Source: Chloroflexota bacterium (lineage in GTDB: Bacteria; Chloroflexota; UBA11872; VXOZ01). From it: a stretch of DNA of 64,000 nt. Positions 40,802 to 49,857 of this stretch are shown one piece after another; the stretch's first letter is position 1, and each line of letters begins with the position of its first letter. The stretch is taken from positions 1,504,001-1,568,000 of the forward strand of contig OZ244922.1 in the NCBI GenBank assembly GCA_965221905.1, in the 5' to 3' direction. Under the pieces are notes generated by a model. It saw nothing but the letters and a program-made list of their open reading frames with translations, was not told the origin of the DNA and made no database searches. Both the position numbers and the translations under genes were made by a program.

Positions 40802-43255
40802 TCAGCCGATCGGCACCTCAGCCGGTTGGATTTCAACGTTGTCTCCGGCTGCATTGAGGGTGACGAGCCAGTGCGTTAGCGTTTCATCTTTGAGGCGGAG
40901 ATCGGTCAGGGGGTCTTCGAGCAGTGCAGTGATGAGCCGGCGCAGGGGCCGCGCGCCCTGCGCGGCGCCGCAGCGCTTGGCAAGGTGCTCGATCACCGGA
41001 TCTTCTACTTCGAGGGTCACGCCTTCGGTAGCGAGATGCAATACACACTCTTGGACCAGCCGCCGAGCGATGTTGTGAATGTCGTCATCGTTTAGTTGAC
41101 GGAATGCGCATACTGTATCCACCCGATTCAAGAATTCAGGGCGTAGATTGCGTTCAAGCGCCTTGAGCGCGGCCTTCTTGATGCGCTCATAATCCACTAC
41201 CGTATTGTCTGCGTTGAAGCCAATTCCGATCCGATTCGGATCATCGTCGAAGAAGTTGGAGGTGAAGATCAGCACGGTGTTGCGGAAGCTCACAACGCGT
41301 CCGTGACCATCGGTTAGCTGGCCGTGGTCGAGAATCTGCAGGAGAGCGTCCAATACGGCAGGATGCGCCTTATCGATGTCATCGAGCAGAATAACGGCAT
41401 ACGCCCGTCGCCGCACTGCCTCCGTGAGTTGTCCGGCGTCATCATAGCCCACGTAACCGGGAGGCGATCCAATGAGACGCGATACCGTGTGGTACTCATC
41501 GTATTCGGACATATCGATGCGGACCATTTGTTGCTCGTCACCCAGCATGAACTCCGCAATGGCTTTGGCAAGTTCAGTCTTGCCCACGCCCGCGCTGCCA
41601 ATGAAGAGAAAGGATCCAATCGGGCGTGCCGGGTCCTTTACCCCTGCCAGCGCCCGACGCAGCGCTTGGGCAACGTCACGCGCCGGTTGCTGTTGGCCGA
41701 CTATGCGCCGGGCTATTTCTGATTCCATCTTCATCAAACGCTTGGCTTCATCGGTGTCTACCGTACTGCTGGGTATGCCGGTCCATTGTGCAATAACCTC
41801 TGCGATTTCTTTCTTGCCGATCTCAGCATTGTGCTCCGCGAGTTTTCTCCGCCACCCGATTTCTATTTCGCGTAGCTGCATATGCAAGTTCTCAATCTCG
41901 CTATTGACGCGCGTAATCCAATCGTAATTGCCCTCTTCCCGGGCCTCTTTTGCCTCTTTTTGGAGTAATTCCAGCCGATGCTTCAGTTTGCGCATCTCAG
42001 AAGGGGCCGTGAGGCGCGAGACTTTCAAGCGCGCAGCCGCTTCGTCAATAAGGTCGATCGACTTGTCGGGGAAGAAGCGACCGGGTAAGTAGCGTTGGGC
42101 CAGCCGCACTGAGCTAACGAGCGCTTCGTCTGTTATGGTCACGCCGTGGAAGGTCTCATAGAGCTTTCGAATGCCCGCCAGGATTGCGACGGTCTCCTCG
42201 AACGCCGGCTCTTCAACCGCAATCGGCTGGAAGCGCCGCACCAACGTGCCGTCGCGCTCGATGTAGCGGCGGTATTCCTCCCACGTCGTAGCGCCGATCA
42301 TGCGCATTTCGCCCCGCGAAAGCACGGGCTTGAGCATGTTGGCGGCATCCATTGCCCCTGCGGCGGCTCCCGCACCCAGGATCATGTGTACTTCATCGAT
42401 GAAGAGTATGAGATTGTCGACGTTCTTCACCTCTTCGATGAGTCGCTTGAGCCGCTCTTCGAATTCGCCGCGGAACTTTGTGCCTGCAATGAGACCGGCA
42501 AGATCGAGTTGCACAACACGCAGGTCATGCATTACGGAAGCGGCTTCTTTTGAAACAATGCGTTCCGCTAAGCCCTCAACGACGGCGGTCTTGCCAACGC
42601 CGGCCGGGCCCACAAGCACGGGATTGTTCTTGCGGCGGCGCAAGAGCACCTCGCTCATGCGCTCGACTTCCTTCTCCCGGCCAATGACGGGGTCCAGTTC
42701 TTGTTGGCGGGCCATTTGCGTGAGATCACGCCCATGCTGCTCAAGAATCGAAGTTCGCTCCTGGCGGCGAGAGCGTTCGCGGGTACGCTGTCGGCCTACT
42801 TCGGGGCTCTTACGCGACCAGCGGTTTGCCATGCGCCGCATCACGTCCGTCTGCACGCCCAAGCGATTGATGAGGACATGCGATGCCAGGCCTTCCTCTT
42901 CGCGGAGAAGACCGAGCAGCAGGTGCTCCGTGCCGATGTATTCTGAGGAGAGTGATCGCGACTCTTCGTCGGCGAGCTCAAGCACGCGTATGCCGGAAGA
43001 AGAGAGCCGTGGGCTGGCAAAGGCTTCTCGGGATTGGCCGAAGTCGATGGCGGCAACGATCTCACGCACAATCACGTGCAGATCAAGCCCTAACTCGCGT
43101 AGCAGGCGCGCTGCAAGACATTCCGGGAGGGCAACCAAAGCAAGCAGGATGTGCTCCGGTCTGATCTGCTGGTGTTGGAAGAAGAGCGCCTCATTGCGCG
43201 CAAGCGCGAGGGCCTGCTTGCCCATGTCGGTTAAACGGTTGACAATATCCGCCAC
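40802..43255 (-). CDS. clpC: ClpC-like AAA+ protease ATP-binding subunit
   Basis: Clp N-domain; NBD1 GPAGVGKT and FIDEVH; UVR-like middle domain; NBD2 GSAGVGKT, GYVG pore loop, IGF loop, GARPLRR. Start uncertain (43255 or 43303). Confidence 0.9.
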   Translation of the reverse strand: MADIVNRLTDMGKQALALARNEALFFQHQQIRPEHILLALVALPECLAARLLRELGLDLHVIVREIVAAIDFGQSREAFASPRLSSSGIRVLELADEESRSLSSEYIGTEHLLLGLLREEEGLASHVLINRLGVQTDVMRRMANRWSRKSPEVGRQRTRERSRRQERTSILEQHGRDLTQMARQQELDPVIGREKEVERMSEVLLRRRKNNPVLVGPAGVGKTAVVEGLAERIVSKEAASVMHDLRVVQLDLAGLIAGTKFRGEFEERLKRLIEEVKNVDNLILFIDEVHMILGAGAAAGAMDAANMLKPVLSRGEMRMIGATTWEEYRRYIERDGTLVRRFQPIAVEEPAFEETVAILAGIRKLYETFHGVTITDEALVSSVRLAQRYLPGRFFPDKSIDLIDEAAARLKVSRLTAPSEMRKLKHRLELLQKEAKEAREEGNYDWITRVNSEIENLHMQLREIEIGWRRKLAEHNAEIGKKEIAEVIAQWTGIPSSTVDTDEAKRLMKMESEIARRIVGQQQPARDVAQALRRALAGVKDPARPIGSFLFIGSAGVGKTELAKAIAEFMLGDEQQMVRIDMSEYDEYHTVSRLIGSPPGYVGYDDAGQLTEAVRRRAYAVILLDDIDKAHPAVLDALLQILDHGQLTDGHGRVVSFRNTVLIFTSNFFDDDPNRIGIGFNADNTVVDYERIKKAALKALERNLRPEFLNRVDTVCAFRQLNDDDIHNIARRLVQECVLHLATEGVTLEVEDPVIEHLAKRCGAAQGARPLRRLITALLEDPLTDLRLKDETLTHWLVTLNAAGDNVEIQPAEVPIG

Positions 43256-43358
43256 TAGGCTGCTCTTCCGATAGTAAAAACCCAGGTTCTGCTCTAGTCG
43301 CATTATATCATGGCAATTGAGCCGCCACGCTCGTGCGGGACCGCACTTGGCGTACCGG

Positions 43359-43829
43359 TCACTTGCAACGCTGCGAGCCTTCTTCCGGATTCTGACACGC
43401 CCGGCCTCCGACCATTCTGCGAACCTTGTCGATCTTCACACCCAGGCTAATTGCTAGCACGTGTTGCGCCAAACTGTCTTCGCGGAGAAGGCCGAGAAGC
43501 AGGTGTTCAGTACCGGTTCGTTCAGCGCACATGGCCCGCGACTCTTCGTGTGCACGTTCCAACACACGCAAGCTAACAGCAGAGAGACCTGGGCTGGGAG
43601 GGTCTGTTCTCGTTGGGCCAAATCTAATTAAAGCAACGACTTCAAGTACAATGACGACTAGATCATGCCCCAACTCCCGCAAGAGACGGGAGGCGGGACA
43701 CTGAGGGATAGCGACGAGCGCAAGCAGAAGGTGCTCCGGCTGGACCACATCCACCTGGAAGAAGAGCGCTTCGTTGCGTGCAAGGGCAAGGGTCAGCTTG
43801 CCCTCGCTATTGAAGCGGCTGACATCCAC
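43359..43829 (-). CDS. Stand-alone Clp N-terminal domain protein
   Basis: Two Clp-N repeats (PEHLLLAL, GTEHLLLGLL), closely similar to the adjacent ClpC N-domain; GGAGG ribosome-binding site. Confidence 0.85.
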   Translation of the reverse strand: MDVSRFNSEGKLTLALARNEALFFQVDVVQPEHLLLALVAIPQCPASRLLRELGHDLVVIVLEVVALIRFGPTRTDPPSPGLSAVSLRVLERAHEESRAMCAERTGTEHLLLGLLREDSLAQHVLAISLGVKIDKVRRMVGGRACQNPEEGSQRCK

Positions 43830-43907
43830 AACCGGACTACCTCCATCTCCCGATAGACTCGATTCCTGCCTTAACGGGCTATGCGCGAAGACTCTGAGCC
43901 GATAGGC

Positions 43908-45425
43908 TTACCCAGAGTCGAGTCCGTTGTCCCAGTCACGTACGATCTGAAAGAGAAGCCGTGCGCCGTATCCGCTGCTGCCTTTCGGAATGTAGGGTCG
44001 GTCCAGGTCTGTGTAGTCCACTCCGGCAATGTCCAGGTGCACCCAAGGTTTCTCATCGACAAAGAGCTTGAGAAGCGCCGCACCGGTGATGCTTCCCGCG
44101 GCTCGGCCGCCGGTGTTCTTCACGTCGGCAATGGGGCTCTTTACCTGCTCTTCATACTCCGGCCACAGGGGAAGTTCCCAGACACGCTCGCCCGTCAAGT
44201 CTCCCGCTGCCTTGACCCTGGCCGCAAGTCCGGCATGGTTTGTCATCAGGCCGGCGGCATGCTGACCCAGAGCGACGATGACGGCCCCTGTCAGGGTTGC
44301 CATGTCAATGATGGCTGACGGGTTGTACCGCTGCGCATAGCACAACGCATCGGCCAAGACGAGCCTGCCTTCGGCGTCGGTGTTATCAATCTCGATGGTT
44401 TTGCCGTTTGCGGCCCGCAGAATATCGCCCGGCTTGAAAGCATTGGCGCCGGGCATGTTCTCGGACGCAGGCACCAAGCCGATCACGCGCACGCTGGGCT
44501 TGAAGTGGCCCACCAGGCGCATCGCACCGATGACGCCGGCACCGCCCGCCATGTCCGATTCCATGTGGCGCATCGAGTCGCCGGGCTTGAGATTTAGTCC
44601 GCCGGTGTCAAAGGTGATGCCTTTCCCAACAAGGACGATGGTCTGGTCGGTCGCCTCGGCCGGCGTGTAATCGAGGACGATGAAGCGGCAGGGCTGATCG
44701 CTGCCGCGGGAAACCCCCAAGATTACGTTCATGTTCTCCGCGGCGATCTCTTCCGGCCCGAGAATGGTGCACTGCAGGCCGAATTCCTGCGCCATAGTGC
44801 TGGCCGCTTCAGCTAGGGCGGCCGGTGGAAGATCGCTCCCGGGTGTCGTGGACAGGTCGCGGACGAAATTCTGGGCGCCGCCAATTGCGACGCCCTCGCT
44901 CACGCCAGCGGATATCTCAGCAAATTTCGCAGAGTCGGCTTCGACAAAAGTAACGGAATCGAGCTCTTTCTTGCTGTCGTCAGATGAGTAGCGCAGATAG
45001 CGGTAGAGTCCTAAAGTTGTACCTTCAGCCGCAGCACGGGCAGCGTCGGCAGGGTCAAGTCCTCCAATACCGGCCCCATGCACGATACTGGCAACCCGTT
45101 TCGCGCCAAGGTCGCGTGCCGTACGCGCTGCTTTCGCCGCCACCTGGCGGGCGTGATCCAGCGTGAAATCGTCTTGCTTGCCGAGACCGATGAGGAGTAC
45201 ACGCCGTGCCGGAATGGCGCCTTGGGTGTAAAGGTAAAGGGTTTCGTTCAGCTTGCCTTCGAAATCACCGGCGGATATGACGTTACTAATCTGACCGTTG
45301 AGGGCGCGATCCACCGCGCCGGTGCCGCCTTCCGGCTCGGTTACGCCATCGAAAAGGTTGACGACGACAAGGTCCGCATCCTGCTCCAGGATGTTCCCCT
45401 GGTCTGCCAAGACGTTCATAGGCAT
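43908..45425 (-). CDS. pepA: Leucyl aminopeptidase (M17)
   Basis: VGKGITFDTGG..LK, DMAG, NTDAEGRL.LAD, ATLTGA, HLDIAG motifs. Confidence 0.96.
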   Translation of the reverse strand: MPMNVLADQGNILEQDADLVVVNLFDGVTEPEGGTGAVDRALNGQISNVISAGDFEGKLNETLYLYTQGAIPARRVLLIGLGKQDDFTLDHARQVAAKAARTARDLGAKRVASIVHGAGIGGLDPADAARAAAEGTTLGLYRYLRYSSDDSKKELDSVTFVEADSAKFAEISAGVSEGVAIGGAQNFVRDLSTTPGSDLPPAALAEAASTMAQEFGLQCTILGPEEIAAENMNVILGVSRGSDQPCRFIVLDYTPAEATDQTIVLVGKGITFDTGGLNLKPGDSMRHMESDMAGGAGVIGAMRLVGHFKPSVRVIGLVPASENMPGANAFKPGDILRAANGKTIEIDNTDAEGRLVLADALCYAQRYNPSAIIDMATLTGAVIVALGQHAAGLMTNHAGLAARVKAAGDLTGERVWELPLWPEYEEQVKSPIADVKNTGGRAAGSITGAALLKLFVDEKPWVHLDIAGVDYTDLDRPYIPKGSSGYGARLLFQIVRDWDNGLDSG

Positions 45426-45554
45426 CTCCTGTTCATTCCTTTGCTTGAGGTGATGTTACTGGGAAATTGACTGCATATTACCCCGATAGAGTACACGCCG
45501 GCCGCGGCTCGGCGCACTCTCCATATGGGCGGACACTAAACGATACCCTAGACG

Positions 45555-46718
45555 TTACGGATTGAAGCGAAGCAGTATGCGGCTGACGTGCCCTTCGCGT
45601 CCGAAGCAGTTTTTACCTTTCGCCATAATCTGGTTCTTACCCGCGCGCAAGTGCCAGGCGAACTCAGGTGTCGTCTCGCGCCACTCTTCATCGTTAAGGC
45701 GCACGAGTAGCTGATCGAGGTTGGGCATGCTGTGGTCGAGCGACACGGACAGCACGGCTTTTCTACTCTCCCAAGCTGCTTGATCTACCTTGAGATTGAT
45801 CTGCACTTGATCGACTGACCAGTAGAGATCGTCTACGTTGCTGGTAAAGTGGCTGCTGTTCGCCCGGTTGTAGGCGATGATGCGTGGCGGTGTCCAGGGG
45901 TCAATCCATTCCAGCGCAGCTTCATACTCGTTGGACGAATGTAGGGTGTTACGCATCGGAAGCACCACGTGGTAGTAATAGTCACCGACATTGTGCCAGC
46001 CAAAGATCTGAAATTCGGCGTCTTGATTGTCTAGATTCAGGAATGTGGTGCCTGCTCCGGATTCCACCTTGTCCGTCACTCGGAATGGGGTCGGCCCTGT
46101 CAACATGGTCACTTCATCCCAGCGGCGAGTGGCCCAAGCAGTGTGGATTTCAAGGACGCTGAGCGGGATACTGTCGCGTTCGTAATGCACGTTCAGGTCG
46201 GGATCGAGCAGTACCCACTTGTGGTATTCGTGGGACCAGAATTCGACGATTGAATGACCGATGTTGCCCTCGTCGGCGGACATCCAATCGCTCTCCGTCT
46301 TGCAGATGCTCAAGTTACGTGCGACGAATCCAAGAGACAAGAGGCACTGCATCAATGTGACCGCAAAGTAGCCGCAATTGAAGTCCTTGCCTTGCTCTAC
46401 CGCAGCCAGTATCTCTAGTGCATTGCGGGGCTCGGGCACGCGCGTCCAGCCATGCTTCCAGCGGGTGTGCACCCATTCGCGCAAAAGGAGCACCTGATCG
46501 AACTCGGTCTTACCGGATGCGATTACGTCATCAAGCCGGTATCGTTGCCGCAGTTCCGTCAGCATGGCGTCAGGGGCTTGATAGCTAAAAGGAAACGCGC
46601 TCCGTACAAGTCGTTCGTTCTGGTATTCGATGACGCGCAATTCCGGCGCTATCGCCTCTTCCCTGGACGCATCAGGTTGTAGTTCCTCGAGTGTTACACG
46701 GTCAAGAGTGGTTGCCAT
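45555..46718 (-). CDS. Transglutaminase-like cysteine-protease-fold protein
   Basis: Cys (FNCGYFA), His (GHS..E.W) and Asp (WVLLDP) triad; GGAGG ribosome-binding site. Confidence 0.75.
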   Translation of the reverse strand: MATTLDRVTLEELQPDASREEAIAPELRVIEYQNERLVRSAFPFSYQAPDAMLTELRQRYRLDDVIASGKTEFDQVLLLREWVHTRWKHGWTRVPEPRNALEILAAVEQGKDFNCGYFAVTLMQCLLSLGFVARNLSICKTESDWMSADEGNIGHSIVEFWSHEYHKWVLLDPDLNVHYERDSIPLSVLEIHTAWATRRWDEVTMLTGPTPFRVTDKVESGAGTTFLNLDNQDAEFQIFGWHNVGDYYYHVVLPMRNTLHSSNEYEAALEWIDPWTPPRIIAYNRANSSHFTSNVDDLYWSVDQVQINLKVDQAAWESRKAVLSVSLDHSMPNLDQLLVRLNDEEWRETTPEFAWHLRAGKNQIMAKGKNCFGREGHVSRILLRFNP

Positions 46719-46745
46719 AGGTAATGCCTCCAAATCTGAATTGTC

Positions 46746-47660
46746 TTATGCAGGCAATGTCGCTTTGGAAAGCGGCAAGGCCTCTTCAAGCGCCATGCGG
46801 ATCATGGGGAACGAGGCCGGCACGAGTTCAAGGCCCTCGCGTTCGGTTGCTTCCTGAATGTACTCCAAGACGTAGTCCACGTTGGGGATATTGACTTTTT
46901 CGGAGTTGTGCGTGGCGCCGATAATCGCCCGCACCGGAGTTTGGATAAGACCGGAAAGCTCCAGATTCCAATCGATGATGGTGCGGTAGAGTTCCCTGCT
47001 GTCATCGCTGACCGGCTCCTCCGAGCGCAGGTCGCGGGGCCGCGCCCAACGGCCGCCGCTCATTTCGCCGCTGCAGGAAATCACGCAAACTGGCAAGGAG
47101 CCTCCCAACACGTGGTGTTGTGTGCTGCCCCAGTGGGGAAAAGGATAGTCGCCTTCTGTGCAGCGGTCCGACCGGTCCGGGAAGTAGCGACCCGGCGCAG
47201 GCGCAATGTACTGCCGGTAGCCCGCTTCGTAAAGCAGGCGGAGCGTAACCGGACTCTTCGACCCACAGCACGCGCAGTAGGTGTCGGTTCTAAAACCCAG
47301 GGCAGTCTCAAAGTCCTCCGTAGCCTCGGCGATGATCTGGCGCTGCGTGGTTTCGTCGTATTGACCGAGATCGTTTTCGTACTTCGGATAGCGAAAGCCG
47401 GGGACATTAGGCTGGATTCCAATGTTCACGCCCTCGCTGTGCCACTCCCGCATCATGTCGGCATGAGCCTTAGCCGCCTCGGGCGTAAGGTTGAAGGTGA
47501 CCGCAGGCAGCAGGCCGTGCGATTCGAAAGACTGCCGGATGTTGCGCACCGTGCGCTCGCTCACTTCCCACGACCCCGGCCCGCCGCAGCGGGGCGACTT
47601 GGCGGCCAGTGGTTCACAGTCGACGAAATAGGAAAAGAAAATCTTGTTCGACACAGCCAT
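46746..47660 (-). CDS. Polysaccharide-deacetylase-like (NodB-type barrel) protein
   Basis: F.VDCE, TF..TPE, Q..II..A..D...ALG pattern; the usual H..H ligands appear replaced (GIQPN). Confidence 0.6.
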   Translation of the reverse strand: MAVSNKIFFSYFVDCEPLAAKSPRCGGPGSWEVSERTVRNIRQSFESHGLLPAVTFNLTPEAAKAHADMMREWHSEGVNIGIQPNVPGFRYPKYENDLGQYDETTQRQIIAEATEDFETALGFRTDTYCACCGSKSPVTLRLLYEAGYRQYIAPAPGRYFPDRSDRCTEGDYPFPHWGSTQHHVLGGSLPVCVISCSGEMSGGRWARPRDLRSEEPVSDDSRELYRTIIDWNLELSGLIQTPVRAIIGATHNSEKVNIPNVDYVLEYIQEATEREGLELVPASFPMIRMALEEALPLSKATLPA

Positions 47661-48036
47661 AGGGCTCTCCTTTTGCAGTACGAATCTTGCTCCAGCCGCG
47701 TTTCTGCGAGGCAGGTACCGCCTCATGACTTAGCGTACTTTACCAATGCGATTATATACCGATGCAAGATCATTGGAAACGCGGAGCGACTAGCGCCCAA
47801 CTATCGCTTTGGCCATACATACCGGGACGCCCCGGTCTTGTCCGTAGGTATCACTATCGCAGGATGGATCAATGGAGCACTAGAGTGGAGATGGGGGATT
47901 TGGGAAGCAATAAGGCCGAGTCATTCAACAACCCACCTTGGGAAAGTGAGTGAGGCAATTACGCCACTTCGGATGGGAGCAGGCAAAGCGTGTTGTTCCT
48001 GAATGGCGGTTTGCCCGGGCAAGTGCACAGACGCAA

Positions 48037-48064
48037 GTAGGGGCACGACATGTCGTGCCCCTAC
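48037..48064. repeat. Palindromic GTAG-type REP (second family)
   Basis: Perfect 28-bp palindrome GTAGGGGCACGACATGTCGTGCCCCTAC. Confidence 0.85.
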
Positions 48065-48116
48065 TCCACTTGCTCCGATCAAGAAGATCAGGTTCGCGTA
48101 CTCAAAGGGTCGAGAC

Positions 48117-49508
48117 TTAAGTCTCGCGATACTCCTCGGGGCGGCGCGAAATGATCTCGTTGAGGATGTCGGCAGATTGGCGCAGACCCTCGGCCACGGT
48201 GATCTCGCCTTTCAATGCCTGGTACCACGGCGCGTTGGACGGACCAAAGGCTTCGCTGAACTCAAGCACGCGCGGGAAGGGACGCCCGCCAGCGGCCCAG
48301 CCGTTCACGACCTGCTCGACCTGCGTGCCTTCGTAGCGCGCTGCCCACTTCGGAAACAGGCCGTGCCGGATAATCGGCGGCCACGCAATGTAGCCGAAAT
48401 AGTCAGATTCCTCGGCACCCTCGTCGCTATGGATATACTTGAGGAAGCTCCAAGCGGTCTCCTGGTCCGGAGAAAGGGTCATAAGGGAATAGCCGTTGCC
48501 GACCAGGGTGGCCGTCTGTTCGATGCCCTTCGGCGGCATGGCGATGTCCAACCTCTCCTCCAAGTGCGTCTTGGCGGCGTTGTAACGGAACATGCCGTTG
48601 AACTCAAGGGCAAGGGCCCCTGACTCGAGGATGCCGATACCGGCACTACCGGTAGTGATTTTCTTTATATCCTCGGAGGACGGGGTGTACTGATGCTTGA
48701 TATGGAGATCCACATTGAACTGGGCGCCACGCAGCGAATTGGGATCCTCGCCGTAGAGCGCCTTGTTGTCGGTCTCGTCCATGATGGACCCGCCAAAGTT
48801 GAGCAAGAAGGTGCCGCCCATATACCAGAGGCTGTTCTGGCCAACTTGCATCGCCCAGCGGCCGTCGTCAGGCTTATGGAGCCGTTCCGCCATAGCGAGC
48901 AGGTCGTCGTAGGTCCAGTCACCACCGGGATAGTTCAGGCCGGCCTCGTCGAAGTATTCCTTGTTGAACAGCACTACCTCGCCGCCGGACTGCATGGGAA
49001 CGGCATAAAGCTTGTTCTGCCAGGTCCAAGAACGTAGATCGGCGTTGAAGTAGTCTTCCAACGGAAGCTTGTCGCGCTGGAAGAAGGGGATGTGATCGGG
49101 GAAGATCCCGTTCAATCCGCCATAACCGTACCAGTTGATCTGGTTGATGGAAAGATCCACGTCGGCTTGTCCGGCCGCGTGGTTCGTCTGCCGTCTTTCC
49201 CAGATGGTACCATACTCACCGGGTACGACCTCTGTCTTAATACCCAGCACTTCCTCGGCCGTCTTCAACGTGTTCCGGAATGCCTCGTAGCGACCATCGG
49301 ACGGGACGAAGGTCTCGTCAATCCGCATGATCTTCTCTTCCATCACCACTTCTTCCTTGGCCTCAGGCTCCGGCTCTTTGTCGTCGGCCATCTCGCCAGT
49401 CTGTGCAACTGGCACTGCGCCGCACGCCGCCAATAAGACCACTCCACCAATACCGCCTGCACCCGCCAAAATCCCACGGCGGGAAAAGACGTGTAGCTTC
49501 TCTTGCAT
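48117..49508 (-). CDS. Extracellular solute-binding lipoprotein (sugar ABC family 1), Tat-exported
   Basis: SRRGIL twin-arginine motif, LAAC lipobox, LYAVP, FNKE.FDEAGL.YP...WTYDD. Confidence 0.9.
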   Translation of the reverse strand: MQEKLHVFSRRGILAGAGGIGGVVLLAACGAVPVAQTGEMADDKEPEPEAKEEVVMEEKIMRIDETFVPSDGRYEAFRNTLKTAEEVLGIKTEVVPGEYGTIWERRQTNHAAGQADVDLSINQINWYGYGGLNGIFPDHIPFFQRDKLPLEDYFNADLRSWTWQNKLYAVPMQSGGEVVLFNKEYFDEAGLNYPGGDWTYDDLLAMAERLHKPDDGRWAMQVGQNSLWYMGGTFLLNFGGSIMDETDNKALYGEDPNSLRGAQFNVDLHIKHQYTPSSEDIKKITTGSAGIGILESGALALEFNGMFRYNAAKTHLEERLDIAMPPKGIEQTATLVGNGYSLMTLSPDQETAWSFLKYIHSDEGAEESDYFGYIAWPPIIRHGLFPKWAARYEGTQVEQVVNGWAAGGRPFPRVLEFSEAFGPSNAPWYQALKGEITVAEGLRQSADILNEIISRRPEEYRET

Positions 49509-49637
49509 TTTTGAAACTCCTCAGTCAGCCAACTCCCATTGGAGCGGCAAATGACAGGTTTACACTAATCGAAACACTCACGCCCGTAGGGCGGAATAGC
49601 CTCCTTTCCCCTCTACTCACACTTGTCGGGTAGCAGT

Positions 49638-49688
49638 AGTATCCCACAAGGCCAAAGCGTCGTCAATACCGCTCGGTATTGACGACGC
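49638..49688 (-). promoter_or_regulatory. Promoter TTGACG-N17-GATACT overlapped by a 32-bp palindrome
   Basis: GCGTCGTCAATACCG-CT-CGGTATTGACGACGC at 49657-49688 covers the -35 element at 49661-49666. Confidence 0.55.
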
Positions 49689-49857
49689 ATTTGTTGAAAA
49701 ACGCCGATTATTTTACTTAGATGGGCAGTCAGCCCACGTTGAAAAAACATCACTGCAGCAGAAGGAATTCCGCTGAGCCGACCTAGTTCGAATTCTTGGA
49801 GCGCTGCCCAGCACTGAGAGGCCAGCAGAGCGCTTTCGGTGCGCGGCAATGAAGAAT

